A stretch of 64,000 nucleotides of DNA, from assembly GCA_035084275.1 (NCBI GenBank), contig CM068755.1:13578001-13642000 (forward strand). Direction: 5' to 3'. The DNA comes from Hydrolagus colliei. Lineage: Eukaryota. Below the pieces are notes generated by a model. It did not search any database. It was not told where the DNA came from and saw only the letters and a list, made by a program, of their open reading frames with translations. A program made the translations under genes and the position numbers. Positions 55,890 to 64,000 of this stretch are shown here, piece after piece (the first letter of the stretch is position 1; the number at the start of each line of letters is the position of its first letter).

Positions 55890-56125
55890 AGAGCGAAACC
55901 TTGGCCAAGTTTCCTTACTCCACATGCCTGATAATAATCCATCCAAAAACAATTGGCCATTTCAATCCACAACTGTTTGTGGGTCACTGCCGTGCGCAAT
56001 CGGCTACCACGTTTCACCCACAAATATCCACTCAATTCATTTTACAGCACATTCTGTGCAACGTTTTAAGATGTCTAGAAGATGTGAAAAGAGCTATATC
56101 AAATCAAAAGATTATTATTATTATT
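55890..56125 (+). mobile_element. Same SINE family, head decayed
   Basis: GCGAAACCTTGGCCAAGTTTCCTTACTCCAC...core...(ATT)n. Confidence 0.85.
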
Positions 56126-56437
56126 TAATTATCACAATGTTTATTAATTACCTTGGCATTGTAGGCATTGTAGGTGAAACATTGTTTTGTTTCTTGAGGA
56201 AAGGGCTAAAGACTTCTATAACTCTTAACAACTGGTGATTATGAATGGAAAATATATAACACTACTACAAAAAGGAAGGTTGTTAAAACTCCTTGAATAC
56301 TTGAATCACTTGAATCACGATTGAACATTCAGACACTTGTACAGGAACGCAGCTGCTGGCTGTCAGTTTCTTGGGTATTTCAGTTTGCTTGAAAGTATTT
56401 TAAACTAACGATGGGATTTATTTTTCTGCACTGACAG

Positions 56438-56571
56438 AGTAAAAAACAGGAGGTTCCTCGGGAGGAGCAAGGCCCAAACATCAAAAATCTGGACTTCTGG
56501 CCTAAGATCATTACTCTGATGGTCTCCTGTGTCGACGAAGATAAAACAGCATATACACCCGTTCTGAATCA
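56438..56571 (+). CDS. UNC13C: Munc13-3 coding exon 17 (134 nt)
   Basis: [44 protein letters not shown]. Confidence 0.96.
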
Positions 56572-57989
56572 GTAAGTTGCGGCTTCTACATTGGGTGTTT
56601 CAAAGATGGTTATTCCGTACATGATAATTTGTATTGTAAAATATCATTTGAGGCAAGGTGATGGGTTTCTGGGTATATCACACACCCGCCGGACCAAGAT
56701 AAATGTGACATGCAACCCCTGGTTTGAAACAGAACTAAATTTAAGTTTTCAGTTACCAATAAACTGTTTGCTTTAAATATTAAAAGCCTTTTTGTAAGAA
56801 AAATATTCTTCTATTTATCACACGCCTGTGTATTGTGATCAAACACAGGATTAGATCAAATTAATAATGATGCCATTGTGTATTGGTACTAATAATACAG
56901 CTCAAGACTGCTTCCCCTCACTTCCTCCTTAGAAGACCTGCTGTTCCATGTGTCTCTTGGCTTCTGTTCATAGCTTGCCCAGCTGTCAGATGTCACAAGA
57001 GCTTGCATTCAGCACTGTTTCTTTCTCGTGTTGTCTAATGCTGGAAAATTCTTCGCCAATGAGGTTCTTCCCATGTGAAGAGCAAACAAAATAACTCAAT
57101 AACGATAATTTAGCCAGTAACCGATCTAAAAGAGGGTTAAGGAGGATGCTTTTCACATGGAGGGTGAACAGCATAAAGCATCAACGTATTTAAGAGAGAA
57201 CTTGATGCATACATGAGGACGAGGGAATACAGGGGAATGGAACAGAGGATTAGACCAGTGGAGGCTCATGTGATGTATGAACAATGGCAGACAATAGTTG
57301 CGACAAAAGGCTTGTTTCCATGTGTAATGTCCATTGTAATTATATAAAAATATTACTACCTGCAGTTTTAATGTAACCATTGATACTGTCATAAATTTAG
57401 TTTCTTGTGAGGAGCTGCCCTCAAGAATATTAATGAAAGAAGCTCCTATTATATATTCCTAATTAGCCTCATTAGAATAGGTTGCCCTGGTCCCAATTTA
57501 CTTTGTTTATGTATCATTTTATTGCGTGCAGAATTTGCGAAATTTTTCGAATTCAGGCTAAACTTTTGGTTGTCTCGAGATTCCTTTAAGAACTGTCACA
57601 AAATTAAGGCTGCGTTTGAAGCTTGCCAAATCCTAGATGTACTAAAATGCCACATCAACAGAGTAAAACTAGACCCGGGTGGAATTTCTCCCCAGTGGTG
57701 CTTTGAAGCCTGTGAATGGTACTCATCATATCCGTGCCAAGGCCACAAATCACTGCTTCTCATTTGTTTGAATGTTCAGACTGCATTCGTTTTGGGACCA
57801 CAAATCAATTGTGTTGTACTTTTACTGTTGCCTAAATTTATAAGAGCGAAAGGTTCTATTAGCGTCATTATATACTGATAGCTAGGAATTGCTTGTTCTA
57901 CTGTAAGCAACAGGCCGCTGGTAGCCTGAGATGACAACAACAATAACAACAACTTGCGTTTATATATATTCCTTCACTTGGAATAACGT

Positions 57990-58275
57990 AGAAACAACAG
58001 CAAAATTACACGTTTATAACGCCTTTCACGTCAGGAGAATGTGCCAAGGCGCTGGACAGTTATTGCTTCAGACCCGAGTTTAGGACAGAGGGTGGGGAGA
58101 GGATTTGGAGGTGCCGATGGAAAGTCTTGAAGCAGGACTTGAAGGAGGGCAGGGAGGGGACGAGGTGGTGGGGCATGCAGGATGGAGTTCCAAAGGTTGG
58201 GAGTAGAGTGGTTGAAGGCTCACCCGCCAATGGCGTGTCGGGTGGGTCGGGGGACGCCGACTGAGTGCGGCGAAC
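57990..58275 (-). mobile_element. L2-type LINE 3' end
   Basis: Minus strand encodes a decayed GG*AFNHSTPNLWNS...LPSFKSCFKT L2 C-terminal motif, followed by the GCGCCTTGG...TGACGTGAAAGGCGTTATA tail. Confidence 0.7.
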
Positions 58276-59813
58276 TGCAAACAAACAATCTTATGGTGCA
58301 GTGTCTGTCTCATTACAGTATTGGGTCCTTTTCATTCTCAACACAGCCACAAATATCCGTGAAGTGTAAGCCACCAAGGAAAATTGGCAGGATTTTCAGA
58401 TTACTTAATGTGTGACTGGAAATTGATTGTGAAAATTTCATTTGTTTTGGAGTTGCCCTGTTGCCACCTTAACATGCTAGAAGCTCTGTGGGCTATTCAG
58501 CTATTCCAAACCATTATAAGTTAATACACAGTTGATTTAGATCTAACTGCAAATTATATGGTCTGTTTGCCGCCATGCTTTTTTTCCCGTAGATTGTTGA
58601 TGATGTATTTAGGCTCCAAACAACTACAGTAAAATGTTCCAGGAACAACCTTTACTGTAAGTGAACTATTCTTAGAATTATTTAACGGTAGCTATTCAGG
58701 GAACGGGATATAAATATATAGGAGATTTTGTATTACAAAACGGCGTTCCACCTGAGATTAAAAACTTGTTTTCGAGTGTTTGCATAGCTGTCCATTCTGT
58801 TCCGCATTACCATTATGATTTTTCACCACAACAGCTGTTTGGGACACAAAATCCATTCAATGTTCCAGCAGAGTGCCCCAGATTGAACTCAGCATAAGAT
58901 CAAGCTTTGTGCACGATCCATCATTACAGTGCAGAGCACTATTAGAAACATTTCAACCCAATTGCTTTCAAATACCGTTTATGAAAGACTCTTTCTGGTG
59001 TTTAATACCAGCATACTATTTCAGTCTGTGAATTCAGACTAATGCTTTATAGTCTGATTTTGTTCAAGGTATGCTGTGAGGTATGTCGAGGGTTTGTAGT
59101 ACAGAAGCTCTAGTTGTGCTAGACAGTTCACGCATGAACTTGACAAAACCTCCTATCATTTTGAATAATTTAATTTGACCATTCAATGAGCCATCAAGTC
59201 AAGGTGCGTTCTCCAAGATAAGGCAGATCAATAATTTAACTTATGCTTCTCTTCTCGATTATACCCATTATTGTACATTCCTGCATTGTTCCAGTGCACC
59301 CTTTTGGTGTCAGATTAATATCAAAATACCTAGGTAAAGGTATTTTGCTAAAGGTAAAATTAATCAGGATTATTGTTTGACAATAATTAGAATTCTTGCA
59401 GTGTAGATTTTTGCACAAAGGACCTTATTTTAGGTCCTAACTGGATCAATCTGTGCTGGATCATTAGTCAACACTGGCCCTTATCATTGAATGTGATGAG
59501 GGGAAAGTATTGGGCAGCAGAAGCACTACCAATTTATCCTGAATAGCTACTGATTTGATGGTTCAGCAATCCTAATGTTTTGGCTCTGATCCTCTGTCTG
59601 AGATTATTCCAAACGTTTATCACTAATCCTAATATCTGTGTTTATGTTTCACTATACAGTGTAATGCTCACTATCTTTTCCTTTATTTAATTAAAAATAG
59701 CGTTTTAGCCTTATTGTCTAAACTAATATTGACTCAATTACTCCTCTTGTCTACTTTTTTTCTGGATTGTAGAAGAGTCTCACTCTAGAATGATGTCCTG
59801 TAATTTTAAATAT

Positions 59814-60155
59814 ATAAGAACATAAGAATTAGGAGCAGGAGTAGGGCATTTGGCTTCTCAAGCCTGCCCCGCCATTCAATACGATCATGGCTGATCTTCT
59901 AATCTAACTTCACCTGCCCACATTATCCCCATATACCTTAATCCCTTTATCCACAAGAAATCTATCAATCTCAGTCCATTGATATCAAGGACTGAGTATC
60001 TACAGCCTTTTGGGGCTGAGAATTCCATAAATTCACTACCCTCTGAGTGAAGAAGTCTTTCCTCGACTGTGTGTGAAAAGGCCCCTAATCTTAAGACTGT
60101 GATCCCCTAGTTATGGTTTCTCCAACCAGAGGAAACAGTCTCCCACTGTCTATTC
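59814..60155 (-). mobile_element. CR1-type LINE 3' end
   Basis: ATAAGAACATAAGAA tail repeat, GCCATTCAATACGATCATGGCTGATC, and similarity to the 3' part of the 44.8-kb copy on the opposite strand. Confidence 0.8.
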
Positions 60156-60769
60156 TATATATACATTTTATTTGCTTTTCTGTTGCTTTAATGCACTATT
60201 CTGACACTTAAGGTGATGCATGTACCCAAATAAATTCCAAATTAATTTCTATGTCTCTCTACCAATTCAATCCTCCTCATTGTATAAAAATGTGTCATGT
60301 TTTACAATTGTTTATTATCATTGACACTTTTCTGTGCTAAAATACTATGATATAATAATAATACTTGCTTTGGATAAAGCCCAATTATTTATGTGCCCAA
60401 TTTTGCAGTACATTTAAATCCTTCTAAATCTTTTTTGTTGCATCGTGTATCTCTAACCTCCAACCTAGAGACTGCGCTGATTCCAACCAGGAGTTGTATT
60501 TTTAGAAACGCCTGTGGATCATCAATCACCACATCTGCTCCGGTTGATGCATATCAGCTAAACCTGTTATTGATGGGTGTTGGCATGTTTTCAAATCATT
60601 ATCTCACAGGGCATCTAAGTAGCTCTGGAAAATCCTCTGCTTCAGACAGCGCTCTTAACTAAGTTCTGTCATGTAGAAGAACTTGCTTCAAGGGGAACGG
60701 TTAAAGATGCAACAGTCCAAATATACGTGCGTTAACAGATCCATTACAAATTTCCATTCCATTGCCATT

Positions 60770-60872
60770 CAGTTATGACGAAGGGTCATGGACCCGAAAC
60801 GTTGACTCACTTTTCCTTTCTCCGTAGATTCTATCTGACCTGCCGAGTGTTCCCAGCGACTTCTGTTTTAAA
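60770..60872 (+). mobile_element. Penelope-type element, single arm preceded by hammerhead
   Basis: Arm CTCACTTTTCCTTTCTCCGTAGAT...GTTCCCAGCGACTTCTG. Confidence 0.8.
60771..60807 (+). ncRNA. Minimal hammerhead motif with a C3-to-A core substitution
   Basis: AGTT-ATGACGA-A-GGGTC(ATG)GACCC-GAAA-CGTT-GACT. Confidence 0.55.
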
Positions 60873-61153
60873 TTTACGTTTGCCACAAATGTAATTACAT
60901 ACATTGTCGCTTGCTCAGTTTTCTTCTCTTTGTGGCAAAGAAATCTAATCAATAGCTGAGTGAAAAACAATCTCGAGAGATCCTAATACAGAAATATCCC
61001 AAATAAAAACTGTATGTGTGAAATACATCCTTGTTCTTTGCAGAATGCAATGGATTCTGATTTGCTCCTCATTCACTGCTTTAAAAGTGTATGTTATGAT
61101 TGCACCATGTTTCAAAAGTTAAATTGACCTAATGGAATATGATTGCATTTCAG

Positions 61154-61239
61154 GTTCCCTCAAGAGCTTAATATGGGAAAAATAAGTGCTGAGGTTATGT
61201 GGCAACTGTTTGCCCAGGACATGAAGTACGCTCTAGAAG
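61154..61239 (+). CDS. UNC13C: Munc13-3 coding exon 18 (86 nt); gene continues beyond the window
   Basis: [28 protein letters not shown]; TTTCAG| acceptor, |GTAATT donor. Confidence 0.96.
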
Positions 61240-64000
61240 GTAATTTATTATCTATCCTGAAATGTGAAATCTCACTATCTTTTTTCTCTTAAAATCTGAG
61301 ATGGTGCAGAATTGTGAGAAATTCTTACATTCGACTTAAATTTTGAAGTCAAAACGATTTACGTTTATGTATGTAGGGCCTTTCATGTCAGAAGGACATC
61401 TCAAAGTGGTTATCATCACTGAACTGGGAGTCTGACCTTGGCAAATGATGGTTAGAACTATGGAAACCTGGTTAGAAATGTAAGACTGCTAAGAAGAATT
61501 TTCAACAGTCCTGCACATTCTCAGATTTTTAAAACACATACGGTTTACCTCCAGATGGAATTTGTGGTTCTTCAGTGTCAAATTTCAAAAAGCAATCTGT
61601 TCTGCAGCACCAAAATGTGTCTCTTTCACGAGCATCAAAATTCCCACAAGACACACAAACTGAGTTGAAATCGGGCTCCAATGCAAATCAGTTCATTTGT
61701 TCCATCAGAGATTGCGTCATTTTTTAAAATGTCAATAACGGAACAAGTGCTTTGTTAGGATGTAATGTTCTTAACTACATTTTTAGCCAAATTATTGTAT
61801 TGTAGGAAGATTGTATTGATGTATTTAGCACTGGGATGTGTTTGAAATTTGTGTCCAGTCACAAAATCAGGCACCAAAGGATTAGCTTTTCCAGCAAAGT
61901 AGCTGAGAGGATTAAGTCTAGTTAATGTGTCTGATCTGGTGTTTAACAAACATGGTAAAGATTTCAAATAAAGATAGTGGGATTACCTGACACCGACTAT
62001 GAGGTGCAATGGTATAAAACTACAAACTCCTGGGTTTTTCCTACTGGTCAGTGGGTAAAGGCTGCAAAGCGCAAATTAAAACTCTGAAAGTCTAAGATAT
62101 CAGCAGAAAACTATTCCTTTATCCAGAGATTAATCACCAGCTAGAGTGGGTGAGGGAGACTCCTGTATATCTGGTGGTACAAGATGTTTGCTATCATCTC
62201 AGGCCTAGTATGCCGAAAGCAGCCATTGGCACCTCTGGGCTAACATGCAGTATCATGTGGCTGGATGGAAATTTCACACAGCCGAGTGTCGTGAGTACTG
62301 TTGCCCCTCTCCCCTCCCCCCACCATTGTTCCCACTTTGTGAAACTCTCCTCCAAAATCCACACAAAATCATTTGACTTAGAAGCGAGAGTGCCCTTAAC
62401 TGTGAAATAGTTGGTGATCATAGTTACCACACAATTAAACACAGTTGTGAGAAAATGTTGATCGGAATATGAAAACAAATGTTAGCACATGAGGAAAAAT
62501 GAAACCGATATGCAACTTCATTGCAATATTCTGACACAACATGGAATCTTGTTTCCAAGTTAAAAAGGCAGATAAAATATAAACATCTTTAACAGCTCCT
62601 AGAAGTGACCAGTAAAATCCTAGAGTAATATTTCCAAAACAACTCCCTTTGAAAGGGACTGCTTCCTGTATGTATTCCACTTAGGCTTATTTGAGTTCAA
62701 TTATAAGGCAAGAATTAAACTTCAAGCACTTAAACCTTCATGAGCAAGCTGTTACAGCATTAAAGAAACTGCAGTGACTTCATGATCTGTTTGTCAAAGA
62801 GATTAAGTTCCGTCAGAAGTTCCACCTTCATGACAGTGCTCAGAGCCATTTATCATTGCATTGAGAACCTCTGCGTTTTCCCCTGCTGTGCTCTGGATTG
62901 CATGGTGTTAGGTAAACCCCTTTTCTAAATCCTCGGAGTTCGATACAGGGTTGCCATGGGAATGTAACACTCTTTAGAGCCCACATTCCGGACATTTATC
63001 CACGGATGTTGTTTTTTGGATGGGTTAGCCTGATGCGTGACACGTGCGGAAACCCATCACCGAGCTTAAAAGAGTATTATCTGCTGACTTGAATGTTTGA
63101 GGTCGGTCGCAGCCCTTCAGATTCAGCCACGAAAGCTGCACGATCTATAAATAGGTGTTGTTCATTGCGCTACGATTACAGTTAGCAAATACACATTTCA
63201 CAGTTTGTGATGGATTATACGGCCATCGAACATGCAAGATACCCGTCCTTTTCTTCCCCAGCGGGAAGGGGATTTGAACCACAGCTGGGCGCAGCGTATG
63301 CGAGGCCAGACCACGATGATATTTGTGGTGTTGTGACCCTTTAAGCCGCACGGTGTTCAAGCTGTTGCCTTCGGATTTGAGGCTTAATGACCATATTGAA
63401 GTGTAAGTACGGCTCTGGTGCCAAGGATTTTGAATATTATCTACAGACACCCCCGGCAAGATGCTGAACTGATGTCGCAAAGGCAAGACCGATAGCTATC
63501 ACCGATTGTTAGAGAAAAAAATGTCATCATTAATCCTGTATTACAGCTTTCAATCCCATTCGCCTTGTGATCCCCGGTATAAGAGGCAAACCAAATCACT
63601 GAGAAGAATCAGTCAGGCCTGAACTGCCTCTTCAATGCTCTTCAACGTTCAATCAAGCGTGCCGCTGAAAATATCTAGCAATTCTGCTCTCAGTGTGTGG
63701 ATTAAAATCTTCATACCGGGGAAAGATGCTAGTGGCAAGAAAATTACTTGTAACACTAACTAAATCACTAACCCTTCCGTTTCCATTGACCAGCGCACTG
63801 GGTGACCAGTGTATCATTTACCACAAATAGAATCATGTCAACCCTCAACTCGACATTCCCCACAGCTTTCCTCCATTAGCCAAGCAGGGTCAGAGATTTC
63901 TTCAATGAACTCCCGTGAGCTTCGGTAAATTGCTAATCATTTAGACTGCTATCCAGTAATCTTAACTGTAGCCAGATGTCACACTGCAATGGAAAAACCA

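Overview
Eukaryotic, AT-rich genomic DNA. The repeat content (DeuSINE/SacSINE1-like SINEs, CR1 and L2 LINE ends, Penelope-type palindromes) and compact introns suggest a cartilaginous fish such as a chimaera (inference). The window holds the 5' two-thirds of UNC13C (Munc13-3, synaptic vesicle priming factor) on the + strand. I could thread 18 coding exons (7359-61239; 5107 coding nt, about 1702 aa) with GT-AG boundaries and consistent phases: a 3.2-kb N-terminal exon, a 23-nt and a 6-nt microexon, then C1, C2B and the start of the MUN domain. The gene continues past the window. Main observations: (1) a coiled-coil plus RRM-like block in the giant N-terminal exon that resembles a domesticated LINE ORF1p; (2) minimal Penelope-type hammerhead ribozyme motifs in introns, plus core-deleted palindromic derivatives; (3) phase-compatible candidate alternative N-terminal exons at about 29.7 kb and 31.0 kb; (4) an 18-bp coding tandem repeat expansion; (5) an unexplained 91-bp duplication carrying an octamer motif. 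Comparisons to human UNC13C and to repeat consensi are from memory, not from searches.
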